This document shows, one piece after another, positions 25,148 to 32,000 of a stretch of DNA of 32,000 nucleotides. The DNA lies in the NCBI GenBank assembly GCA_003056265.1, contig NBVN01000002.1:330001-362000 (forward strand), written 5' to 3'. Source of the DNA: Zestosphaera tikiterensis. GTDB taxonomy: Archaea; Thermoproteota; Thermoprotei_A; Sulfolobales; NBVN01. The position numbers and the translations under genes were made by a program. Positions within the stretch are counted from its first letter, which is position 1, and each line of letters opens with the position of its first letter. Under the pieces are notes generated by a model. That model saw nothing but the letters and a program-made list of their open reading frames with translations, made no database searches and had not been told where the DNA came from.

Positions 25148-25908
25148 AACGACCCCTCAGGAAGCTTTATCACGGGTTTATCCGTGCCTATAATCATGAT
25201 ATTATCTAATGTTGTGAAGAAGTAATTCCCTCTAAAGTCCTGCAACTTAACCTGCTTTCTGTAATGTCTCACACCTTCTGAAACCGCAACCAGCTTAGCT
25301 ACTTTACCAACGTTCCTTCCACCTAAAACTATAGAAATACTACCTTCCTTCAGCGGATAATACTCAAGTATTCCACCATCTTTCAATGAAATCTTAACCG
25401 TACCTAAGGTTTCATAAATGTCTTCAACCGGAGATCTAGGGTCTGACACCTTAACTAATACGTTCCTTCCGTCGTGTAGGTTTAGCTGTATATGCCCTCC
25501 CTTAACTGTTGTCTTATTCTCTATCCTGCACAGCTTGAAAGTAGCTTCCTCAGCATCTATAGGTATTAAACCTAAAGTCTTTACGGGAATAGGTATCACG
25601 CGGAAAAACTCTTTCGTAGGTGTGAATTCAATTACGTCCATAAAACCAACTGGAAATCTATAGTTCTTCCTTACCTTCCCATCAACTTTAATTAGACCTT
25701 CGCTTATTATCCTAATCGCTTCTCTAGACGTTTCCACGACTTTAAGAACGTCCCTAACGATTACTAAGAGAGGTAATGACCTACTCTGCAGGTGAGGACC
25801 CGGCGTTGATTTAACTACCCATTTATACTCTTTCCTAGCTATAGGCCAAAACTCCGGCGCAGCAAGCCTCTTTAAATGCTTACTCGATCCCATCCTAGCC
25901 ATCTTCAC
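25144..25908 (-). CDS. rps4e: 30S ribosomal protein S4e
   Basis: [29 protein letters not shown] fits eS4. Confidence 0.93.
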   Translation of the reverse strand: MKMARMGSSKHLKRLAAPEFWPIARKEYKWVVKSTPGPHLQSRSLPLLVIVRDVLKVVETSREAIRIISEGLIKVDGKVRKNYRFPVGFMDVIEFTPTKEFFRVIPIPVKTLGLIPIDAEEATFKLCRIENKTTVKGGHIQLNLHDGRNVLVKVSDPRSPVEDIYETLGTVKISLKDGGILEYYPLKEGSISIVLGGRNVGKVAKLVAVSEGVRHYRKQVKLQDFRGNYFFTTLDNIMIIGTDKPVIKLPEGSL

Positions 25909-26342
25909 CGACCCTCTAATGATTGATTATCGGACTTTTTAACTTCTCCGCTTGATTCCGTTTCTAAAGCCTCAAGCTTACCTTTCCTTCTCTCGATTAT
26001 CTTCTTCCTTGCCTTATCACTTAAGTCTAACTTCGTTATAATCACCTTCGATGGGTGGATTGGGTAGAAAACCGGCGTTCCGTCAGCTTTCTTGATGGTT
26101 ACCCCTTCGACATGCAGTGTGATTTTATCGTAGTCGACCTTCACCACCTTACCTTCATGTCCTTTCCAATCACCTCTAACTATCTTTACAGTATCACCAA
26201 CCCTAACGTTTATTCTCTTTATACCTAACTTAGCGCGAAGATCTTCAGAGAGTTTAGCCGTCATGAATTTACGCCTTATGTGGTCTGGAGCATTGTAAAG
26301 AGCGAGCCTCTGCTTAGTTGGTTTAGCAGAACTCATCCTCAT
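25905..26342 (-). CDS. rpl24: 50S ribosomal protein L24 (uL24)
   Basis: It has the KOW motif [25 protein letters not shown]. Confidence 0.92.
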   Translation of the reverse strand: MRMSSAKPTKQRLALYNAPDHIRRKFMTAKLSEDLRAKLGIKRINVRVGDTVKIVRGDWKGHEGKVVKVDYDKITLHVEGVTIKKADGTPVFYPIHPSKVIITKLDLSDKARKKIIERRKGKLEALETESSGEVKKSDNQSLEGR

Positions 26343-26349
26343 CCACCTC

Positions 26350-26772
26350 TTAAATAATGAGGGAAGCTATAGTGGCTATTTTAGGCCATCTTTCAGCGGC
26401 TTCTTTAGCCATAGGACCACGCATTTCAGTCCCTTTAGGCATCCCGTCAGGAGTGATTATAACACAAGCGTTGTCCTCGAAAGCTATCCACGTACCATCA
26501 GGTCTTCTGTAAGGTTTCCTTTGCCTAATAACTACTGCCTGCATTACCTGACCTATAAGTTCTGTATTACCCTTCTTAACAGTTACGGTTACTAAATCCC
26601 CTACCGTAGCTACGGGTAGACGCCTAAGTCTAGTTTTAATCCCAGGTATTCCAATAACCATTACCTCCTTAGCCCCGCTATTATCAGCTACTTTCAACCT
26701 AGTCCCTACAGTCACGCCGGCAACGCGCCTGACACGCCCGAAAGCCGCACCGCCTCTTTTCTCAGACATCAC
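26350..26772 (-). CDS. rpl14: 50S ribosomal protein L14 (uL14)
   Basis: [16 protein letters not shown] and [15 protein letters not shown] fit uL14. Confidence 0.93.
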   Translation of the reverse strand: MMSEKRGGAAFGRVRRVAGVTVGTRLKVADNSGAKEVMVIGIPGIKTRLRRLPVATVGDLVTVTVKKGNTELIGQVMQAVVIRQRKPYRRPDGTWIAFEDNACVIITPDGMPKGTEMRGPMAKEAAERWPKIATIASLII

Positions 26773-27137
26773 TGACCACCCTTCTTAAGAACTCCTAAAA
26801 CCACCCAAGCGATAGACTTAGCTAAAGGCCTCGTCTCCCCTATAAGAACGGTGTCCCCAACGTTCACAGAAATACATGGTGGTACTCTAGCGTGGATTCG
26901 CGATCTTCGCCTTTCATACCTCCTGTACTTAGAGATGTAAACTAGGTACTCACGTTCTACTACAACAGCCTTCTTCAAGCGGGTTTTAACAACCGTACCG
27001 GTGAGTAACCCTCCCCTAACTTTAAGATGCCCATGCCATGGGCATTCCGGATCATCGCATTTTTCAGTAGGGGGTGTTAAACCCTCGTATTTAATTCCAA
27101 CGTTCTTTACCTCAGGTCTAGACATCCTATCCACCAA
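26769..27137 (-). CDS. rps17: 30S ribosomal protein S17 (uS17)
   Basis: [23 protein letters not shown]....K.VVVEREY and GD.V.IGE.RPL.K fit uS17. Confidence 0.92.
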   Translation of the reverse strand: MVDRMSRPEVKNVGIKYEGLTPPTEKCDDPECPWHGHLKVRGGLLTGTVVKTRLKKAVVVEREYLVYISKYRRYERRRSRIHARVPPCISVNVGDTVLIGETRPLAKSIAWVVLGVLKKGGQ

Positions 27138-27420
27138 CTACCCTCTTTAATCTATCCTCGGGCCTTCCCAACAGCTTATCCCCATTCACTAAAACAAAAG
27201 AGTTATTTTCAAGCTTAAAAAGATATGCTCCTCCAGCTTTAGGCACCTTCAACCTTCTCCCATCATCTAATCGCTCGATTTCCAACATGTTTTGAGTTTC
27301 ATCAACTACCAAGCCCTTAACACCCATTAACGATGGGTCGGTATGATCTTTAACTATTACCTGAAGGCCTATCAACTCATGATAGATTAAATTCCTTCTA
27401 CTTCTCTTTAAGAACATCAC
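27127..27420 (-). CDS. rnp1: RNase P protein component 1 (Rpp29/Pop4)
   Basis: HELIGLQVIVKDHTDPSLMGVKGLVVDETQNMLEI is the Rpp29 Sm-like core. The rpl29-rnp1-rps17 position is conserved. Confidence 0.88.
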   Translation of the reverse strand: MMFLKRSRRNLIYHELIGLQVIVKDHTDPSLMGVKGLVVDETQNMLEIERLDDGRRLKVPKAGGAYLFKLENNSFVLVNGDKLLGRPEDRLKRVVGG

Positions 27421-27629
27421 TTCCTAACCCTCGCTTTTAACTCCTCCTCCCTCATCACTGTTAATATCCTTGCTATGTTCTTCTTAACGATTTTAATCCT
27501 AGCTACGTTTTTAAGAACGCCTAGCTGTGCTTGCGTCCTTAACTTAAGTAACTCCATTCTTAATTCATTAAGTAACTTAAGTCTCTCCTCAGGACTCATC
27601 TTACGTATTTCTTCTGCCGAAACGCTCAA
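27417..27629 (-). CDS. rpl29: 50S ribosomal protein L29 (uL29)
   Basis: EEIRKMSPEERLKLLNELRMELLKLR fits uL29. Confidence 0.92.
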   Translation of the reverse strand: MSVSAEEIRKMSPEERLKLLNELRMELLKLRTQAQLGVLKNVARIKIVKKNIARILTVMREEELKARVRK

Positions 27630-28303
27630 GCCTGCTTACCTCCTTCAACATTGCTTTGGCTTTGAGGCGAGGAAGTTTGCGTGACCTCTGGAGCACCTCC
27701 CTCCCTAATCGCTATGACGTCATCGGGTTCTCCGGGCTTCACGATATAAACCTCTATACCATAGATTCCCGGCTTCCTCAGCAGGTGAATAACCGCTCTG
27801 TCGCTTAACCTGTCTAGGTGCTGACCTGCTTTATAGACTTTACCAGCTCTTAACTTCTCATACTTAGCTCTCTCGCTTATGATCTTACCGCTTATTATTA
27901 TCTCAACTCCTTGCGCGCCCGCCGCCAGAACACGCCTTAAAGCTACGAAAGCAGCCCGCCTGAAGTGATAACCCTTCTCTATAGCTAAAGCTACACGAGT
28001 GGCTACGATCCTAGCGTCTAAGTCAGGGTTCTCAACCTGTGTAACCACGACCTGAGGGTTGTCAACTTTAAAGTACTTCTCGAAGATTTCAGTTAACTGT
28101 TTTATTGTTTGGCCTTTCCTACCGATCAGTAAGGAAGGCCTGTCCGCATATATAATTACCCTAGTACCTAACGGCGTTTTAACTAAGTCAACCTTCGAGT
28201 AACCAGCCCTCATGAAATTCTTGGAAAGGAATTCATCTATCTTCAATCTAATTAAGTTCAACCCTATAAAATGACTTTTAATGTCAACCATATACTCACG
28301 CAC
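27626..28303 (-). CDS. rps3: 30S ribosomal protein S3 (uS3)
   Basis: It has the KH domain segment LIGRKGQTIKQLTE and the uS3 C-terminal domain. Confidence 0.93.
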   Translation of the reverse strand: MREYMVDIKSHFIGLNLIRLKIDEFLSKNFMRAGYSKVDLVKTPLGTRVIIYADRPSLLIGRKGQTIKQLTEIFEKYFKVDNPQVVVTQVENPDLDARIVATRVALAIEKGYHFRRAAFVALRRVLAAGAQGVEIIISGKIISERAKYEKLRAGKVYKAGQHLDRLSDRAVIHLLRKPGIYGIEVYIVKPGEPDDVIAIREGGAPEVTQTSSPQSQSNVEGGKQA

Positions 28304-28781
28304 CCCCCTCTTTAACTATTACCTCCACGTTAACTGTGGTTCTGAATTTAGGTGTTGCCCTAGCGAATGCCCTAGGCATCCACCTCTTAATATACATACC
28401 TTTATGGACGGCTATGTGGTAGATATACGTTCTTTCAACGTCCAAACGCTTAAACTCAGCATTGTTTTCAACGTTTCTAAGAAGTTTAAGCAAGGCTTTC
28501 GCCGCCTTCACAGGATACCTACCTATGGGTGAACCCCATCTTTCAAATCTGTTTGGAAGCGCTCTTTTATGAGCTACACCCAACTTATACCTAACGTAAG
28601 GGATGGGCGTCTTATAATTGATTACCTCCTCTAAAAGATTTATAGCATCTTTCAACTTCATACCCCTTAAGACCTTAGCTATTTCATAGCTTTCTTTTAA
28701 AGAAATGGGTACGTCTCTCATCATAGCTTTCGCTACCTTACTCTCATCCTCTACCTTAACAGAGTATTTCCATACCGGCAA
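28296..28781 (-). CDS. rpl22: 50S ribosomal protein L22 (uL22)
   Basis: AKAMMRDVPISLKESYEIAKVLRGMKLKDAI.LLE fits uL22. It is the first gene of the minus-strand array in this window. Confidence 0.92.
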   Translation of the reverse strand: MPVWKYSVKVEDESKVAKAMMRDVPISLKESYEIAKVLRGMKLKDAINLLEEVINYKTPIPYVRYKLGVAHKRALPNRFERWGSPIGRYPVKAAKALLKLLRNVENNAEFKRLDVERTYIYHIAVHKGMYIKRWMPRAFARATPKFRTTVNVEVIVKEGGA

Positions 28782-28903
28782 TCACTCAACCCCTTCAATA
28801 TTCCTTAAACAGTAGTTTTTAAGCTCTTAAACCTTACTAACTTCTAAAACCTTCAATAACGCTAATAAACTAAGTAACTCCCTTAAATATATGGGAAGGA
28901 AAC

Positions 28904-30355
28904 ATGGATGGGAAAGTACCTGTTAATAAACTAAGCGATTATGTGTGGGAGATCCCTAAGGACTTCAAAAGCTGTATGAAGGTACCGGCTATAGTGTTCG
29001 CTGATGAATTCCTACTATCTAAGATGAGTGAAGATTTAACCTTACATCAAGCAGCTAACGTAGCATGCTTGCCAGGCATAGTTAGAGCTTCTTTCGTTAT
29101 GCCTGACGGTCATCAAGGCTATGGATTCCCTATAGGCGGTGTAGCCGGCACAACAGCAGATGAAGGTTACATATCCCCAGGCGGTGTTGGATACGATATA
29201 AACTGTGGGGTTAGGCTCCTTAGAACTAACCTATCATATAACGACGTAATGCCTAAAATCCGGGATCTCGTGAACACCATATTTAAGAACGTACCTTCCG
29301 GCGTTGGCAGTACTGGTAAGCTAAAGTTAAGCTTTACCGAGTTAGATAAGGTTTTAAACGAAGGTGTTGATTGGGCTATCGCGAAAGGTTTTGGTTGGGA
29401 CGAGGATAGAAAGCGTATTGAAAGTTACGGCAGGATAGAACACGCTGACGCCTCTAAAGTAAGTAATACAGCTAAGTCTAGAGGTGCGGATCAACTCGGT
29501 ACGTTAGGAGCCGGTAATCACTTCCTAGAGATTCAAGTAGTTGATAAGATATACGACTCTAACATAGCTAAAGCCTTAGGCATTGAGTACGAAGGTCAAA
29601 TAACTGTAATGGTTCATACCGGGTCTAGGGGGTTAGGACATCAAGTAGCTAGTGATTACTTAGGCGTTATGGAGAGAGCTATGAAGAAATACGGGTTTAA
29701 CCCTCCGGACAGGGAGTTAGCTTCAGTGCCTTTCAACTCTAGGGAAGGTCAAGACTACTTTAAAGCTATGGGCGCCGCAGCAAACTTCGCTTTCACGAAC
29801 AGGCAGATAATAACCCATTGGGTTAGGGAGTCTATAGCTCAAGTATTTAAAACCTCAGCTGACAAGCTGGATTTAAGAGTGATTTACGATGTAGCGCATA
29901 ACATAGCTAAGCTTGAGGAACATGACGTAGATGGTGGGAAAGTTAGCTTAGTAGTTCATAGGAAAGGAGCTACGAGAGCTTTCCCACCAGGCCATCCTGA
30001 AATCCCGGCGGAGTATAGAGGTATAGGTCAACCTGTGTTAATACCGGGTTCTATGGGTACAGCGAGCTACTTAATGATTGGAATACCTGAAGGTAGCTAC
30101 ACGTTCTATTCCGCCGCTCACGGAGCAGGTAGGTGGATGTCTAGAAATGAAGCGTTAAGATCCGCTAGAGCAGACACCGTAACTTCAAAACTTCTCGAGA
30201 AGGGCATATATGTTAAAGCAGCTTCAAAAGAAGTTATAGTTGAGGAAATGCCGGAAGCGTATAAAGACGTTGATAGAGTGGCTATGGTAACTCATAAAGT
30301 GAAGATAGCGGCTTTAGTAGCTAGGATGAGACCTATAGGCGTAGTTAAAGGTTAG
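28904..30355 (+). CDS. rtcB: RNA-splicing ligase RtcB
   Basis: MPDGHQGYGFPIGGV, GGVGYDINCGVR, GAGNHFLE, HTGSRGLGHQ and HGAGR are the RtcB metal and GMP-His motifs. 483 aa, no intein. Confidence 0.95.
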   Translation: MDGKVPVNKLSDYVWEIPKDFKSCMKVPAIVFADEFLLSKMSEDLTLHQAANVACLPGIVRASFVMPDGHQGYGFPIGGVAGTTADEGYISPGGVGYDINCGVRLLRTNLSYNDVMPKIRDLVNTIFKNVPSGVGSTGKLKLSFTELDKVLNEGVDWAIAKGFGWDEDRKRIESYGRIEHADASKVSNTAKSRGADQLGTLGAGNHFLEIQVVDKIYDSNIAKALGIEYEGQITVMVHTGSRGLGHQVASDYLGVMERAMKKYGFNPPDRELASVPFNSREGQDYFKAMGAAANFAFTNRQIITHWVRESIAQVFKTSADKLDLRVIYDVAHNIAKLEEHDVDGGKVSLVVHRKGATRAFPPGHPEIPAEYRGIGQPVLIPGSMGTASYLMIGIPEGSYTFYSAAHGAGRWMSRNEALRSARADTVTSKLLEKGIYVKAASKEVIVEEMPEAYKDVDRVAMVTHKVKIAALVARMRPIGVVKG

Positions 30356-30388
30356 GAAACTTCCTATCATTAACATCCATCTTTTTTT
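30354..30388 (+). terminator. rtcB terminator: short hairpin aggaa-ac-ttcct followed by T7
   Basis: The hairpin at 30354-30365 overlaps the TAG stop, and the T7 run is at 30382-30388. Confidence 0.55.
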
Positions 30389-30423
30389 ACAACTGAAAGC
30401 CTCGCCCTTAAGGGCGGGGATGG

Positions 30424-30435
30424 AAAGCTTATAAG
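30424..30435 (+). promoter_or_regulatory. BRE/TATA-like box aaagcttataag inside element copy B
   Basis: It has the same word as the rps19e, nep1 and secY promoter candidates. GGUGAUGAUG begins about 26 nt downstream of the TATA centre. Confidence 0.35.
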
Positions 30436-30458
30436 TTGTTTCTTCTAACGTTTTTATG

Positions 30459-30552
30459 GTGATGATGTTTAATGTGTGTGGGAGGTAAACCTCAAGCAAA
30501 TCAATTAAAGCATATATATATAACACACATAACGCCTCCCACATGAAGTTTT
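30459..30552 (+). ncRNA. Candidate ~95-nt transcript inside element copy B
   Basis: Its 5' GUGAUGAUGUUUAAUGUGU is identical to copy A. A 9-bp stem UGUGGGAGG (30475-30483) / CCUCCCACA (30535-30543) encloses an AU-rich variable core, and the region ends in a U4 run (30549-30552). Confidence 0.3.
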
Positions 30553-30602
30553 GAGGCCTTCTAAAGGTCGATGATAAATGAAGATATCCCATAACCCTAA
30601 GT

Positions 30603-30704
30603 CCCCCGAAGGGGGATAGGGGTAATGGGCCGGAAGCCCGGCCCGGAGGTGAATAAAGAAAGATGTACCTCCAAACCAATGAACCGCCCGAAGGGAGACC
30701 CTAC
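30603..30704 (-). repeat. 102-nt GC-rich multi-hairpin block present in copy B only
   Basis: It is inserted exactly between ctgaagg and acttaggg, which are adjacent in copy A (6828/6829). It is about 60% G+C by hand count and folds on paper into four consecutive hairpins. Confidence 0.6.
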
Positions 30705-30724
30705 CCTTCAGGACGGGGAGGAGG

Positions 30725-31678
30725 TCAGTCAATAACTTTAACATAGCTTTTAATATCCTTAAGCGAGATTTCAGCTGAGGTGTCTACAAACATATACGCC
30801 GCTCGCTTGTTGAAGTATGGCTCGCCAACACGGCTAAATAACGTTACAACTCTACCGTTATGGTTTAGCTTAAATCCTTCATAAGCTGGTTCATGACCTC
30901 TAACGACAAATTTAAAGTTATACTTTCCTAAAAACCAATTAGTTACGGAGGAACCGAAAAGATAACCAGCCCCTCTCGGCGATGGTTTTCTATCCACATT
31001 AGTTATGTCTATAGGGTCATTCCACAGGATCTCGGTAAGCAACCTGTTAAATTGATCTTCAGATACCCCCATAAAAAACTCTACTAAAGTAACTTCCCTC
31101 CTATAATTCTCTGTTGGAAGTCCTCCATGCAACGCTACGAAAGTTTTATTTACGTACTGAACTAAAGGCATGCTACTAAACAACTCTTGAAATTTAGCGT
31201 AGATGTTAGTTCCCTTCTCATAGCCGAACAAGAGCCTTAATTCGTGGGGGAAGTCGTGAGGTGATGGGATTAAAAACGGTGGTGGTTCGTGATTACCCCT
31301 AAGTATGGTAACACATTCGGGGAACTCTGCCTTAAGCTCTAAAACAGTTAGTATAGTCTCAAGTTGGTTAGGCCCTCTATCTATATAATCACCCAAGAAA
31401 GTTAGCTCAAGTTCTTTACAACCCTTCATAACTGATACATCAACTTTATTGAGTATCTTCTTTAACGTGTCTAAATCACCGTGAAGATCTCCTATAATTA
31501 AGAATTTACTTCCAGGCTCTTTACCCACCATATAACTTCTTCGTTGCTTATACTCGCTAATTAAAACTTCTTGATATCTTTCAAGAGACTTAACTAAGGC
31601 ATTATAATCGCTTAAAGCCTCTGCTAACCTACTTACCATGAAATCCGCTAACGAGCTCATTACATACCCTATATCCAC
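30725..31678 (-). CDS. PPP-family Ser/Thr protein phosphatase (calcineurin-like metallophosphoesterase)
   Basis: IIGDLHGD, LGDYIDRGP, LRGNHE and ALHGG...GH are the PPP signature motifs. The N-terminal extension is about 55 aa. Confidence 0.85.
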   Translation of the reverse strand: MDIGYVMSSLADFMVSRLAEALSDYNALVKSLERYQEVLISEYKQRRSYMVGKEPGSKFLIIGDLHGDLDTLKKILNKVDVSVMKGCKELELTFLGDYIDRGPNQLETILTVLELKAEFPECVTILRGNHEPPPFLIPSPHDFPHELRLLFGYEKGTNIYAKFQELFSSMPLVQYVNKTFVALHGGLPTENYRREVTLVEFFMGVSEDQFNRLLTEILWNDPIDITNVDRKPSPRGAGYLFGSSVTNWFLGKYNFKFVVRGHEPAYEGFKLNHNGRVVTLFSRVGEPYFNKRAAYMFVDTSAEISLKDIKSYVKVID

Positions 31679-31690
31679 TTTAAAACAATA

Positions 31691-31752
31691 ATTTAAGTTG
31701 GTTTAGGTTTGTTTACCTAAGAGTGACGATTTAAGTTGGTTGTTTACTTAAG
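31691..31752. repeat. Imperfect tandem direct repeat in the phosphatase upstream region
   Basis: Copy 1 is atttaagttggtttaggtttgtttacctaag (31691-31721). Copy 2 is atttaagttggtt------gtttacttaag (31729-31752). They share 13 nt exactly plus 10 of 11. Confidence 0.5.
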
Positions 31753-32000
31753 GTGTTTAGGGCTGTTACCTTCGGTTATTCGTAGCACAGTCCGGATTCA
31801 CACAGTTTGCCTGCAACCCTGAAAAATTAGGACTCACTAATATGTGCTATATACGCGACATATCAGGAATGTCAGAAAGAACATAAAACTTTCTAAAAGT
31901 TGTGAAAGAACTTAAACAACCTAATCTGCCCTAAACATCATCTCCATTTTAGAGGCCGCTTTTCGGAGACTTGATATGTGTTGCTGTAAGTAATGGGTAT

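Larger units (their letters stand above)
30385..30730 (-). repeat. Non-coding element, copy B (family shared with 6803-7035), carrying a 102-nt insertion
   Basis: It aligns collinearly with copy A (see that feature). The conserved head ctgacctcc contains the TGA stop (30727-30725) of the phosphatase gene. Confidence 0.75.

Noticed and set aside
30459-30465. GUGAUGA (also at 6956-6962 on the minus strand) read as box C of a C/D box sRNA.
   Set aside because: There is no CUGA box D or D' at the required ~12-nt guide spacing and no terminal stem. The nearest CUGA in copy A is about 85 nt away and is CUAA in copy B. I kept it only as a K-turn-like word.
30473-30545. Inverted repeat tgtgtgggagg/cctcccaca flanking (AT)n, considered as a replication origin (ORB pair plus DUE).
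   Set aside because: There is no orc1/cdc6 nearby and no resemblance to the ORB or mini-ORB consensus I know. The same architecture is duplicated at 6890-6945, which fits a repeat element better than an origin.
30505-30744. The 79-aa ORF (MLKLLTDLLPVLKG...DLGLWDIFIYHRP...) looks homologous to an unlisted 45-aa ORF at 6801..6938 (MSDLLPVLKDLGLWIAFTNHRP...). This suggested a small conserved protein with a 34-aa in-frame insertion.
   Set aside because: After HRP a 1-nt indel puts the two copies in different frames, yet nucleotide identity continues for another ~150 nt past both stop codons. The conservation is therefore at DNA/RNA level. The 102-nt insert being a multiple of 3 has a 1-in-3 chance. 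ORF 30314..30679 is likewise a by-product of GC-rich hairpins.
31935-31985. ctaaacatcatctccatttt resembles the element block attaaacatcatcaccaaaa, which suggested a fourth copy flanking the phosphatase.
   Set aside because: Only an 11-nt exact match, with no convincing collinear flanking blocks. Matches of that length are expected by chance at this search size.
1-32000. Looked for CRISPR arrays, rRNA genes, inteins (RtcB, SecY) and programmed frameshift sites in the r-protein genes.
   Set aside because: No regularly spaced direct repeats were found and no rRNA-like sequence. RtcB and the other proteins are of normal uninterrupted length. cbf5 is the only split gene, and its intron explains the split.

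Overview
Archaeal chromosome segment, AT-rich and almost certainly crenarchaeal (gene order, r-protein set L14e/L34e/L39e/LX, spliced cbf5). About 70% is the conserved translation supercluster. On the + strand (373-4951): rps19e, PDCD5-like, rpl39e, rpl31e, aIF6, rplX, pfdA, ftsY, nep1. On the - strand (28781 down to 15167): rpl22, rps3, rpl29, rnp1, rps17, rpl14, rpl24, rps4e, rpl5, rps14, rps8, rpl6, rpl32e, rpl19e, rpl18, rps5, rpl30, rpl15, then secY, adkA, a DUF106 membrane protein, rpl34e, cmk, rpl14e, cbf5. Other recognisable genes are rtcB, a PPP-family phosphatase, Elp3 convergent with a Trm9-like methyltransferase, a tungsten AOR with its radical-SAM/SPASM partner, tRNA-Glu(CUC) with a 16-nt intron, and tRNA-Ser(GGA). 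Three stretches look accessory or decayed: 4952-7113 (next to tRNA-Glu), 9971-15040 (next to tRNA-Ser), and 30356-30724. The main hunt result is a non-coding element I do not recognise, present in two clear inverted copies (6803-7035 + and 30385-30730 -) and possibly a third decayed copy (about 5290-5470). It has complementary termini, an internal promoter-like box followed about 90 nt later by a T-run, and in one copy a precise 102-nt GC-rich multi-hairpin insertion. One clear copy and the possible third copy bracket a two-gene nucleotidyltransferase-fold cassette. Second, cbf5 is split in the ORF track by a 22-nt bulge-helix-bulge mRNA intron that interrupts the catalytic Asp codon. Third, a GC-rich structured segment of unknown class lies between ftsY and nep1 (4033-4185). 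All calls come from reading and hand-translating the sequence; no searches were run.
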